A stretch of 60,370 nt of DNA from Clostridia bacterium (GCA_024404825.1 JAKSPM010000001.1:1-60370), one strand, 5' to 3'. Positions 28,757 to 37,084 are shown, counted from the first letter of the stretch. Translations and numbers: made by a program. The notes: generated from the sequence alone by a model not told the origin.

Positions 28757-30115
28757 ATGTCAACTTTACTGATCAAGAATCTCAACACCGTCGTTACCTG
28801 TGACGACAACGACTCCGTCCTGAAAAATGTCGATATCCTGATCGAGGACAATGTCATCCGCGCCATCGGCCCGTCTTTAGCAGATACTGCCGACCGTGTG
28901 ATCAACGGTGAGCATATGCTCTGCTACCCCGGCCTCATCAACACCCACCATCATCTGTATCAGCAGTTCTCCCGCAACCTCAAGCAGGTGCAGAACATGG
29001 AGCTGTTTGACTGGCTGAAGACTCTGTATGAAATTTGGAAGAACCTCGACCGTGATGTGATCCGTATGTCCTCGATGAGCGGCATGGGTGAGCTGATGAA
29101 GAACGGCTGCACCACCTGCTTCGACCATCACTATGTCTTCCCGGCAAACACCGGTGACCTCATCGGTGCGCAGCTTGAAGCTGCATCTGCACTCGGTATC
29201 CGTATGGCCTGCTCCCGCGGCTCCATGGATTTGAGCAAGAAGGACGGCGGCCTGCCTCCCGATTCCGTTGTGCAGAGTGTTGACGAGATCATGGCTGACT
29301 CCGTTCGCCTGATCGAAAAATACCACGATCCTTCCTTCGGCTCGATGCACACTCTGGCACTGGCTCCCTGCTCCCCGTTCTCTGTTTCCGCAGAGCTTCT
29401 GCGTCAGTCGGCCATCCTTGCCCGTCAGTACAAGGTTCGCCTGCACACTCATCTGTGCGAGACCAAGGACGAAGAAAACTATATGTTAGAGCGTGAGGGC
29501 GTCCGTCCGTTAGAGTACATGGCTCGTCTCGGCTGGATCGGCGACGATGTATGGTATGCACACGGCATCCACTTCAACGACGAAGAGCTCAAGCTCCTTG
29601 CCGAAACCGGCACCGGCGTTGCACACTGCCCCGTTTCCAACATGAAGCTTTCCTCCGGCATTGCACGCATCCCCGAAATGCTTGACCTCGGCGTGAAGGT
29701 CGGCCTTGCTGTTGACGGTTCGGCATCCCAGGACGGCAGCAACCTGCTCGAAGAGATCCGTATCTGCTACCTGCTGCACCGTCTGAATTCCTCCCGTCAG
29801 GCACCTTCCGGCTATGACATCCTCAAGCTCGCAACGAGAGGCTCCGCTTCCCTGCTCGGCAGAACCGATATCGGCTCTCTGGAGGTCGGCAAGTGCGCTG
29901 ACCTGTTCATGGTCGATTCCCGCCGCTTAGAGCTGGTCGGCGCTTGCTACGATCCGATGAGCGTGTTCGGCACCGTTGGTCTGCGTCAGCCGGTTGATTA
30001 CACCATCGTCAACGGCAAGGTCACCGTTGAAGGCGGCAGACTTGTCAATGTGGACGAAGAAAAGCTCGCACATGACGCACAGGCTGTCTGCGATGCTTAT
30101 CTCGCAAAGAACTGA
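28757..30115 (+). CDS. amidohydrolase of the 8-oxoguanine deaminase / AtzB-like chlorohydrolase family
   Basis: GLINTHHHLYQ, GCTTCFDHHY, SRGSMDLSKKDGGLPPD, ALAPCSPFSVS, RLHTHLCET, YAHGIHF, AHCPVSNMKLSSGI and AVDGSASQD follow the 8-oxoguanine deaminase pattern as I recall it. Confidence 0.65.
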   Translation: MSTLLIKNLNTVVTCDDNDSVLKNVDILIEDNVIRAIGPSLADTADRVINGEHMLCYPGLINTHHHLYQQFSRNLKQVQNMELFDWLKTLYEIWKNLDRDVIRMSSMSGMGELMKNGCTTCFDHHYVFPANTGDLIGAQLEAASALGIRMACSRGSMDLSKKDGGLPPDSVVQSVDEIMADSVRLIEKYHDPSFGSMHTLALAPCSPFSVSAELLRQSAILARQYKVRLHTHLCETKDEENYMLEREGVRPLEYMARLGWIGDDVWYAHGIHFNDEELKLLAETGTGVAHCPVSNMKLSSGIARIPEMLDLGVKVGLAVDGSASQDGSNLLEEIRICYLLHRLNSSRQAPSGYDILKLATRGSASLLGRTDIGSLEVGKCADLFMVDSRRLELVGACYDPMSVFGTVGLRQPVDYTIVNGKVTVEGGRLVNVDEEKLAHDAQAVCDAYLAKN

Positions 30116-30130
30116 TTTTTTGATATTCTC

Positions 30131-30164
30131 GGCGCCGCAGGAAAACCCTGCGGCGCTGTTTTTT
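30131..30164 (+). terminator. intrinsic terminator
   Basis: GCGCCGCAGG-aaaac-CCTGCGGCGC followed by TGTTTTTT. Confidence 0.75.
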
Positions 30165-30221
30165 GTCATTGTGCTGAAAAATGAAAAAGAAAATTTGTAG
30201 AAAATGAGAAAGCCGGAAGCA

Positions 30222-30250
30222 TTGCAAATTTTCCGATAATCTTTTATAAT
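30222..30250 (+). promoter_or_regulatory. sigma-A type promoter of the ssnA-ygfK unit
   Basis: TTGCAA (30222-30227), a 17-nt spacer, then TATAAT (30245-30250). Confidence 0.55.
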
Positions 30251-30256
30251 TAAGGT

Positions 30257-30369
30257 ACAATTAAAGATTGATAGCTGTAACGAAGTGCTGCGCGCACGGG
30301 CTTCCAACTATCACTTAGGCGTTGCTTGAGTGGAGTTATTTTGACATAGGGTCAAAATGGCTCCTTTTT
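30257..30369 (+). promoter_or_regulatory. structured 5' leader with intrinsic terminator (riboswitch or attenuator candidate; class not recognised)
   Basis: A 45-nt stem-loop closed by TGATAG (30269-30274) and CTATCA (30308-30313), with inner pairs GAAG/CTTC and GTGC/GCAC. A competing hairpin TCACTTAGG/CTTGAGTGG (30311-30334) follows. The terminator is GGAGttATTTTGAC-atagg-GTCAAAATggCTCC plus TTTTT (30332-30369), 31 nt before the ssnA ATG. Confidence 0.45.
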
Positions 30370-30400
30370 GTTTCGCTAAGACTAAAGGAGGTTTCCAACT

Positions 30401-31759
30401 ATGTATTTACTCGCAAACGGCAGACTCATCACCAGAGATCCGTCCAATGGCTACATCAAAGACGGCGGTGTTGTCATTGACGGCACCAAAATCAAGGAAG
30501 TCGGCTCGACCGCTGATCTGAAAGCAAAATATCCCAATGCGGAATTCATTGACGCAAAGGGCGGCGTGATCATGCCCGCTTTCATCAATGCACACACCCA
30601 CATCTACTCGGCGCTCGCTCGCGGCCTTTCCATCAAGAGCAATAACGCTGACAATTTCTACGATGTTCTGGACAAGCAGTGGTGGGCAATCGACCGCAAG
30701 CTCTACATGGGCGGCACGAGAGCTTCTGCAAATGCCCTTTACATCGACTGCATCAAGCAGGGTGTTACCACCGTATTTGACCATCACGCATCTTACGGCG
30801 AGATTCCCGGCACACTGCACACAATCGCCGAATCTGCAAAGAAATTCGGCATCCGTTCCTGCCTGTGCTACGAAGTCTCCGACCGTGACGGCGAAGAAAA
30901 GTGCCTGCAGGGCATCAAGGAAAACGCTGATTTCATCACCGAATGTGAAAAGAACAAGGACCCGATGCTTGCAGCCATGTTCGGCGGCCACGCCCTGTTC
31001 ACCATCTCTGACAAGACCTTTGAGCGCATGGTCGAAGCCAACAACGGCCGTACCGGCTACCATATCCACGTTTCCGAAGGCTGGAACGACGTTTACGACT
31101 CCATTCAGAACTACGGCAGACGTCCGGTTGAAAGGCTGCGCGATCATGGCATTCTCGGTGAAAAGACCATCCTCGGTCATTGCATCCACGTAACAGACAA
31201 GGAAATTGACCTGATCCGTGAAACCGGCACAATGGTCGTCAACAATCCCGAATCCAACATGGGCAACGCTGTCGGCACCTGCCCGGTACTTCCCCTCTAC
31301 AAGAACGGCATCCTGCTCGGCTTGGGCACTGACGCCTACACCAACGATATGCTGGAATCCATCAAGGTCGCTCTGATTGCGCAAAGACAGAACGCAGAGC
31401 TTCCGAATGTCGGTTGGTGCGAAGTGACCGATATGCTGTTCAAGAACAACGCAAAGATCGGTGCAAAGTACTTCCCGGATGAACTCGGCGTTCTCAAAGC
31501 CGGCGCTGCCGCTGACGTGATCGTCATGGACTACAAGCCATTCACCCCGTTCTCCGACGCCAACATCGACGGCCATATGATCTTCGGTATGACCGGCCGC
31601 CAGTGCATGACCACCATTGCCAACGGCAAGCTGCTGATGAAGGACCGTGAGCTTGTCGGCATCGACGAGGAAGCAGAAAATGCTTACATCCTCGAAGAAT
31701 CCAAGAAGCTTTGGGGCGATCTGAACGGCTGCAAATACTCTGCCGACGGTGAATGCTGA
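30401..31759 (+). CDS. ssnA: putative aminohydrolase SsnA
   Basis: 452-aa amidohydrolase (FINAHTHIYS, HIHVSE, LGHCIHV, GLGTDA) immediately upstream of ygfK, as in the E. coli ygfK-ssnA neighbourhood. Confidence 0.7.
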   Translation: MYLLANGRLITRDPSNGYIKDGGVVIDGTKIKEVGSTADLKAKYPNAEFIDAKGGVIMPAFINAHTHIYSALARGLSIKSNNADNFYDVLDKQWWAIDRKLYMGGTRASANALYIDCIKQGVTTVFDHHASYGEIPGTLHTIAESAKKFGIRSCLCYEVSDRDGEEKCLQGIKENADFITECEKNKDPMLAAMFGGHALFTISDKTFERMVEANNGRTGYHIHVSEGWNDVYDSIQNYGRRPVERLRDHGILGEKTILGHCIHVTDKEIDLIRETGTMVVNNPESNMGNAVGTCPVLPLYKNGILLGLGTDAYTNDMLESIKVALIAQRQNAELPNVGWCEVTDMLFKNNAKIGAKYFPDELGVLKAGAAADVIVMDYKPFTPFSDANIDGHMIFGMTGRQCMTTIANGKLLMKDRELVGIDEEAENAYILEESKKLWGDLNGCKYSADGEC

Positions 31760-31760
31760 T

Positions 31761-31976
31761 ATGTGCAAAATTCTGTTCCTCGACCGCTTCGGTGAGCTGA
31801 ACTATACGGATGTCACCGGCGCTTATCTTTCCAAATTTCAGGACGTAACAAGACTCGTCATCGGCACGCAGGGCTGGGATATGCCCCGCGAACAGGCAGA
31901 GGACTATGTCCGCCGCCTTGCCGAAGCAGACTGTGATGAGCTGCTTGACCTGACCGTTCTTGGTCCTGCACAATAA
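31761..31976 (+). CDS. small hypothetical protein (71 aa) between ssnA and ygfK
   Basis: ORF 31749-31976 trimmed to the ATG at 31761, 1 nt after the ssnA stop (MCKILFLDRFGELNYTD..). Acidic with no TM helix. I recognise no family. Confidence 0.35.
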   Translation: MCKILFLDRFGELNYTDVTGAYLSKFQDVTRLVIGTQGWDMPREQAEDYVRRLAEADCDELLDLTVLGPAQ

Positions 31977-31996
31977 AAATACGGAGGTTTTCCAAT

Positions 31997-34945
31997 ATGT
32001 CCGAAAGAATGTACCCCATTCCCTTTAGATCCCTGATGAACTGGATCGTCACCGAGTATGCCCGTGAGGGTGAGCTGTTCGGTGTCCATTCCGCCTACCG
32101 CCCCAAGGGCAAGAAGCTGCCCATCTTCGGTGAAACCATCGAAACGCCCTTCGGTCCCGCAGCAGGCCCCAACAGCCAGCTTGCACAGAACATCATCGCC
32201 TCCTACATGGCAGGTGCAAGATTCTTTGAAGTCAAGACCGTTCAGAAGATGGACGGTCACGACCTGGCAGTCTGCGTTCCCCGTCCCTGCATTTTAGCCA
32301 ACGATGAAGGCTACAACCAGGAATGGTCGACCGAGCTGACTGTCCCGCAGGCACAGGATGAATATATCAAGGCATGGTGTGCTTTGAAGGTTCTGTCCAA
32401 GGTCTACGGTCTCGGCGATCCCGACGGCTTCGTGTTCAATATGTCTGTCGGCTACGACTTGGAAGGCATCAAGGGCGACAAGGTCAACTCCTACATTGAA
32501 AACATGAAGGACGCATCCAAGACCGCGCAGTTCAAGGAATGCCTGGAAGTCCTGACCGAGATGTTCCCTGAGGAAAAGGACTTTATCGCAAAGATCTCCC
32601 CGAAGGTCTCCGGCTCCATCACCCTGTCCACCCTGCACGGCTGCCCGCCCGATGAGATTGAGCGCATTGCAAGCTATCTCATCAGCGAGAAGAAGGTTCA
32701 CACCTTTGTCAAGTGCAACCCGACCATTCTCGGCTACAAGACCGCAAGAGAAACGCTCGACGCGATGGGCTATGACTACATCGTATTTGACGAGCATCAC
32801 TTCAACGAAGACCTGCAGTGGGCTGACGCCGTCCCGATGTTCGAGCGTCTGCGCGAGCTTGCAGCAAAGAACGGTGTGGAGTTCGGTTTGAAGCTCTCCA
32901 ACACCTTCCCCGTTGACACCACCCGCGGCGAGCTGCCCGGCGACGAGATGTATATGTCCGGCCGTGCACTGTTCCCGCTGACCATTGAAATGTGCAACCG
33001 CATTTCCAAGCAATTCAAAGGCACGATGCGTATCTCCTTTGCAGGCGGCGCTGAGTTCTTCAACTGCGATAAGCTGTTTGCAGCAGGCATCTGGCCGATC
33101 ACCGTTGCAACCACCATTCTCAAGCCCGGCGGCTACAACCGCCTGAAGCAGATGTGCGAGAAGGTCGACGATCTCCCCTTCAAGGCATTTGCCGGCACCG
33201 ACTCCGCTGCCATCGAGGCACTCTCCGTTGACAGCCATTCGAACTTCCATCATGTCAAGCCCATCAAGCCGCTGCCCGAGCGCAAGTCCGACAAGAAGGT
33301 TCCCTGGATCGACTGCTTCACCGCTCCGTGTAAGGGTGGCTGCCCGATCGCGCAGGACATCCCCGAATACATTGAGCTTTGCAGAAAGGGACTCTATGGC
33401 CCGGCACTCAAGCTCATCACCGAAAAGAACGCACTTCCGTTCATCACCGGCACCATCTGCGCACATCGCTGCCAGGGTAAGTGCACGAGAAACTTCTATG
33501 ATGAATCCGTGCAGATCCGCGACACCAAGCTTCTTGCTGCAAAGAACGGCTTTGAGGCTCTGATGGCTTCCATCAAGGCACCCGAAAAGTTAGACGGCAA
33601 GAAGGTCGCTATCATCGGCGGCGGCCCGACCGGTATCGCAGCTGCTTACTTCCTCGGCCGCGCAGGCATCGACACCACCATCTACGAGCGTGAGAATCAG
33701 CTCGGCGGTATCCCGCGCCATGTCATCCCCGCGTTCCGTATCACTGACGAAGCCATCGACAAGGACATCGCTCTGATGCAGAAATACAATGTCGAGGTCA
33801 AGCTCGGTGCTCCTGCTCCCGAAATTAGCGAGCTGAAAAAGCTTGGCTACACCCACATCCTGCTCGCTGTCGGCGCATGGAAAGCCGGCAAGCTTGATAT
33901 CGAAGGCAATGTCGTCGGCGTTATCGGCTGGATGAAGGATATGAAGAAGGAAGTCAAGCCTTGTCTGAGCGGTAATATCGCTGTTGTCGGCGCAGGCAAC
34001 ACTGCAATGGATGCTGCCCGTGTTGCAAAGCGCATGGGTGCAAATGCAACGATCGTCTATCGCCGCACCAAGAAGTATATGCCCGCTGACGAGCATGAGC
34101 TGGCGCTTGCCATTGAAGACGGTGTCAACTTTGTCGAGCTGGCTGCTCCCATCAAGCAGGCTGACGGCAAGCTGACCCTTGAGAAGATGGTTCTCGGTGA
34201 GCCTGACGCTTCCGGCCGCCGCAGCCCCGTTGGTTCCGGCGAGTTCTTTGACATCCCCTGCGATCTTGTCATTTCCGCAGTCGGCGAAAAGGTCGACGAC
34301 GAGCTGATGGCTGCCAACGGCATCGAAATGGGTCGCAAGGGTCCCGAATTTGAGACGAACATTGAAGGCGTTTATGCCGCAGGCGACTGCCACAGAGGCC
34401 CGGCTACCGTTGTTGAAGGCATTGCTGACGCTGCCAAGTTTGCAGAAATCGTCATCGGAAAGTCCCATGAATATGAGATTCCCGAACAGGCCTATGTTAC
34501 CAAGGCTGATGCCATTGCAAAGAAGGGCATCCTCAAGATGGCAAAGGACGCCTGCTGTGAAGGCTCCCGCTGCTTAGACTGCAACACCGTCTGCGAAAAC
34601 TGCGCAGATTCCTGCCCGAACCGTGCAAATGTCGTCATCAAGCTCGCTGACGGCCGTCACGAAATTCTGCACATTGACAAGATGTGCAACGAGTGCGGCA
34701 ACTGCACGCACTTCTGCCCCTACGCTTCCGAGCCCTGCCACGACAAGTTCACGCTGTTCCAGACGGAAGAAGATTTCGTCGACAGCAAGAACGCAGGCGT
34801 GCTGTTCCTCGGCGGTGACAAGGTGCGCGTGAGACTGTTCGATGTGAAGGATTACGACCTCGCTGACAAGGACAATGGCCTGCCCGCAGAGATTGAAACC
34901 CTGATCCTGACCGTCCGCGACAAGTACGCTTACCTTTACAAATAA
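31997..34945 (+). CDS. ygfK: YgfK-type putative selenate reductase / oxidoreductase subunit (DPD-like, FAD/NAD(P) and 4Fe-4S domains)
   Basis: 982 aa. The N-terminus MYPIPFRSLMNWI is like YgfK. There is a GltD-like dinucleotide fold (VAIIGGGPTGIAAAYFL) and C-terminal ferredoxin motifs (CLDCNTVCENCADSCP, CNECGNCTHFCP). Confidence 0.8.
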   Translation: MSERMYPIPFRSLMNWIVTEYAREGELFGVHSAYRPKGKKLPIFGETIETPFGPAAGPNSQLAQNIIASYMAGARFFEVKTVQKMDGHDLAVCVPRPCILANDEGYNQEWSTELTVPQAQDEYIKAWCALKVLSKVYGLGDPDGFVFNMSVGYDLEGIKGDKVNSYIENMKDASKTAQFKECLEVLTEMFPEEKDFIAKISPKVSGSITLSTLHGCPPDEIERIASYLISEKKVHTFVKCNPTILGYKTARETLDAMGYDYIVFDEHHFNEDLQWADAVPMFERLRELAAKNGVEFGLKLSNTFPVDTTRGELPGDEMYMSGRALFPLTIEMCNRISKQFKGTMRISFAGGAEFFNCDKLFAAGIWPITVATTILKPGGYNRLKQMCEKVDDLPFKAFAGTDSAAIEALSVDSHSNFHHVKPIKPLPERKSDKKVPWIDCFTAPCKGGCPIAQDIPEYIELCRKGLYGPALKLITEKNALPFITGTICAHRCQGKCTRNFYDESVQIRDTKLLAAKNGFEALMASIKAPEKLDGKKVAIIGGGPTGIAAAYFLGRAGIDTTIYERENQLGGIPRHVIPAFRITDEAIDKDIALMQKYNVEVKLGAPAPEISELKKLGYTHILLAVGAWKAGKLDIEGNVVGVIGWMKDMKKEVKPCLSGNIAVVGAGNTAMDAARVAKRMGANATIVYRRTKKYMPADEHELALAIEDGVNFVELAAPIKQADGKLTLEKMVLGEPDASGRRSPVGSGEFFDIPCDLVISAVGEKVDDELMAANGIEMGRKGPEFETNIEGVYAAGDCHRGPATVVEGIADAAKFAEIVIGKSHEYEIPEQAYVTKADAIAKKGILKMAKDACCEGSRCLDCNTVCENCADSCPNRANVVIKLADGRHEILHIDKMCNECGNCTHFCPYASEPCHDKFTLFQTEEDFVDSKNAGVLFLGGDKVRVRLFDVKDYDLADKDNGLPAEIETLILTVRDKYAYLYK

Positions 34946-34963
34946 GCAACCATCCTGAACTGA

Positions 34964-34997
34964 AAACAGGAGCCTGAAATCAGGCTCCTGTTTTTCA
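34964..34997. repeat. left copy of a 34-bp direct duplication; it is the intrinsic terminator hairpin of ygfK
   Basis: GAAAACAGGAGCCTGAAATCAGGCTCCTGTTTTT is identical (34/34) to 35249-35282. Confidence 0.9.
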
Positions 34998-35248
34998 GAC
35001 TGTCAATAAACCCCGAAACCGTCAAAGTCGAGAGTCGGAACGAGGCATTATGCACCGAATATCGTTTGACGAGAATCGTACCATCGCAACACATCCAAGC
35101 CCGAAAAGGCTTGCTGCGCAAGGACTTTGACTTACTGCGCAACTCTCACTCTACCGTACCTATGTACGCCTACGAGTGAGAGTTGCTTGTCTTTCAGGCT
35201 TTCTTGACCGTCTGCCAGCGTGTCAAAAAACTTTTTTGACACGCTGGA
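34998..35248 (-). mobile_element. 251-bp non-coding repeat element (short variant); MITE-like with imperfect terminal inverted repeats
   Basis: It starts CAGACTGTCAATAAA and ends TTTTTTGACACGCTG. The reverse complement matches 57830-57929 plus 58213-58358 with 2 substitutions and one loop indel. Strand is given relative to the long copy. Confidence 0.75.
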
Positions 35249-35282
35249 AAACAGGAGCCTGAAATCAGGCTCCTGTTTTTTT
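35249..35282. repeat. right copy of the 34-bp direct duplication (second terminator hairpin)
   Basis: Identical to 34964-34997. Confidence 0.9.
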
Positions 35283-35304
35283 GCATAATTCAGCAAAATG
35301 TCTT

Positions 35305-35333
35305 GATTTTTTACATTCTCTGTGATAGAATGA
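35305..35333 (+). promoter_or_regulatory. sigma-A type promoter of the lipoprotein pair
   Basis: TTGATT (35305-35310), a 17-nt spacer, then TAGAAT (35328-35333) with TGa upstream. Confidence 0.4.
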
Positions 35334-35411
35334 CGTAAAGGTACATAATTTTGTCATTTTTGCAAGAAAACAGTCAATATGTACCAAAATAATCTTTCAT
35401 TGGAGGAACTT

Positions 35412-36464
35412 ATGAAAAAACTAATTGCGATCCTTTTGACTCTTTCCCTTGTGCTTGTTCTGTTTACCGGCTGTAAGGGCGGCAAATACGACGATGCAAA
35501 AGCCCTGTTTGAAGATGGCAAATACGCAGAAGCCGCTAAACTGTTTAAGTCTCTCGGCGACTACGAAGACAGCAAGCAAATGCTCTCTGCCAGCAATTAT
35601 GCCCTTGCCTGTGAAAAGCTTGAAGCAGGCGAATTTGACGAAGCATTAAAGCTCTTTACCGATCTCGGTGACTATGAAGACAGCGCCGCCAAGATCCCTG
35701 CCTGCAACTACGGCAAGGCCGCTTCCCTGATGGAAGCCAGTGACTATGAAGGCGCCATCGCCCTGTTTGATAAGCTCGGCGACTATGAAGACGCAGCAGC
35801 TCAGCGCGCTTTGGCGAACGCAGAGCTTCAGTATCAGAGCTATGGAGAAGCCATCGATCTGCTTTGCGTTGAACCCTTCTTTGCCAACGGCGGCACGGAG
35901 AATTCTCTGAACTGCTTTGTGTTCTCAAAGGAGTCTGTTCTGGTCAAGCACGTTTTCTTTGACGGAAACGGCTATCAGACATCAAGCGAAAATAACCTGC
36001 CCTACACCGTTGACGACAGCTCGATTTCCATGACGCTTGATGACGGCAGCGAGCTCGTGCTCCCCTATACGCTCAGCGGTGATACGATTGCACTCGGCAG
36101 CGGCGAATATTTCTCCGCTTCTCAGGTCGATGCGGCGCTTCAGGGCTATTGGTACTGCAATGAGTACAGCTACAACTCTTTTACCGGTTTCTCAAGTTCC
36201 AAGTACAATGCTTATTTCCACGACGGAACCTTTGAATACGAATATGCTACAGAAGCATACGGCTACAATGACGGCTCCTACTATTATTACGGACCGTACG
36301 AGGACAGCTATACGCTCGGATTGGGCAGAATCGAATCCGATATCCATAACGGCTCGTATTTCTTCTTTAATATCATTGACGGAGAAGTCAAGCTGATGCA
36401 CTTCGACCATGTATATTCCAAGGCAAGCTCCGGTATGCCCGGTGAAGACGGTTATTCGTTCTGA
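35412..36464 (+). CDS. lipoprotein with repeated LGDYEDS/A helical motifs
   Basis: ORF trimmed to MKKLIAILLTLSLVLVLFTGC (lipobox). There are four repeats of about 35 aa ending in LGDYED. Confidence 0.6.
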   Translation: MKKLIAILLTLSLVLVLFTGCKGGKYDDAKALFEDGKYAEAAKLFKSLGDYEDSKQMLSASNYALACEKLEAGEFDEALKLFTDLGDYEDSAAKIPACNYGKAASLMEASDYEGAIALFDKLGDYEDAAAQRALANAELQYQSYGEAIDLLCVEPFFANGGTENSLNCFVFSKESVLVKHVFFDGNGYQTSSENNLPYTVDDSSISMTLDDGSELVLPYTLSGDTIALGSGEYFSASQVDAALQGYWYCNEYSYNSFTGFSSSKYNAYFHDGTFEYEYATEAYGYNDGSYYYYGPYEDSYTLGLGRIESDIHNGSYFFFNIIDGEVKLMHFDHVYSKASSGMPGEDGYSF

Positions 36465-36465
36465 T

Positions 36466-37044
36466 ATGAAGAAAACGATCGTATTACTGCTTGCTGCTCT
36501 CATGGTGCTGTGTGCGCTTGGCGGCTGTAGTGCAAATGCGCCTGTACCAACCACCGAGCTTCCAACGGAATCGACTGCCTATATTGCAGATGGCTATGAT
36601 GTGCTCGGCGGTCTCTGGTGGCCCGGCGGAATGTATTATGACGGCAAACTCATCGATATGAATGATTATGAAACCATAAAGGATCTGTATGATTCTCAGT
36701 TTCTGTCCGTGAAAGAGGACGGAACGTTTGAGTTCTTTTCCGTATTCGGTGAGCGCGGAACCTACACCCGTTATGAAAAAGGCGGAGAGGGTTATTCCTG
36801 CTTCCTGCTTCGCCGTGAGGAGGTTTACAGACAAAGCCTTGAAAACGGCAAGCTTGTGGAGATTCCGAACGAAGATGCCGCACCGCGCACCTATCTTGTC
36901 GAGATTCCCTGTGAGGATGAAAACACTCTGATCCTGCATAAATTTGACCCGCTGACAGGCGCACCTGCCGCAGAAGACGATCCGCTCATCTATGTCAAGG
37001 ACGGCTGCGAAAGCAGCTTTATCGCGAAGTATAAATATCAATAA
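36466..37044 (+). CDS. lipoprotein, function unknown
   Basis: ORF trimmed to MKKTIVLLLAALMVLCALGGC (lipobox). The ATG lies 1 nt after the upstream stop. Confidence 0.55.
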   Translation: MKKTIVLLLAALMVLCALGGCSANAPVPTTELPTESTAYIADGYDVLGGLWWPGGMYYDGKLIDMNDYETIKDLYDSQFLSVKEDGTFEFFSVFGERGTYTRYEKGGEGYSCFLLRREEVYRQSLENGKLVEIPNEDAAPRTYLVEIPCEDENTLILHKFDPLTGAPAAEDDPLIYVKDGCESSFIAKYKYQ

Positions 37045-37049
37045 GACCA

Positions 37050-37084
37050 ATCGCCCGAAAAGAGGTTTTCTCTTTTCGGGCGAT
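37050..37084. terminator. bidirectional intrinsic terminator between convergent genes
   Basis: ATCGCCCGAAAAGAG-gtttt-CTCTTTTCGGGCGAT (15-bp perfect stem), followed by TTCTTT. Confidence 0.7.

Noticed and set aside
30257-30369. Is the leader of ssnA a guanine/adenine-class purine riboswitch?
   Set aside because: I could not find the three-way junction or its conserved J2/3 and loop sequences (UAUAAU .. AUAUGG .. UUUCUACC .. CCGUAAA). The structure is a single 45-nt hairpin with internal loops. It is kept as an unclassified candidate instead.
34936-35142. A 68-aa ORF (minus strand) shares RSKPFRAWMCCDGTILVKRYSVH.ASFR.STLTVSGFIDSL with the 65-aa ORF at 58233-58430, which looks like a conserved small protein.
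   Set aside because: The shared part is simply the repeated element read in one frame. Both ORFs run out of the element into unrelated flanking and duplicated hairpin sequence, they have no RBS, and the two nucleotide differences between copies are both nonsynonymous. I treat them as non-coding.
34964-35282. Two identical 34-nt palindromic direct repeats around a unique segment resemble a minimal CRISPR repeat-spacer-repeat unit. The same applies at 57796-58392.
   Set aside because: There are only two repeats per locus. The 'spacers' are 251 and 529 nt and are copies of each other. The repeats differ between loci and are ordinary gene terminators. No cas genes or leader are present. The similarity is retained only as a mechanistic analogy.
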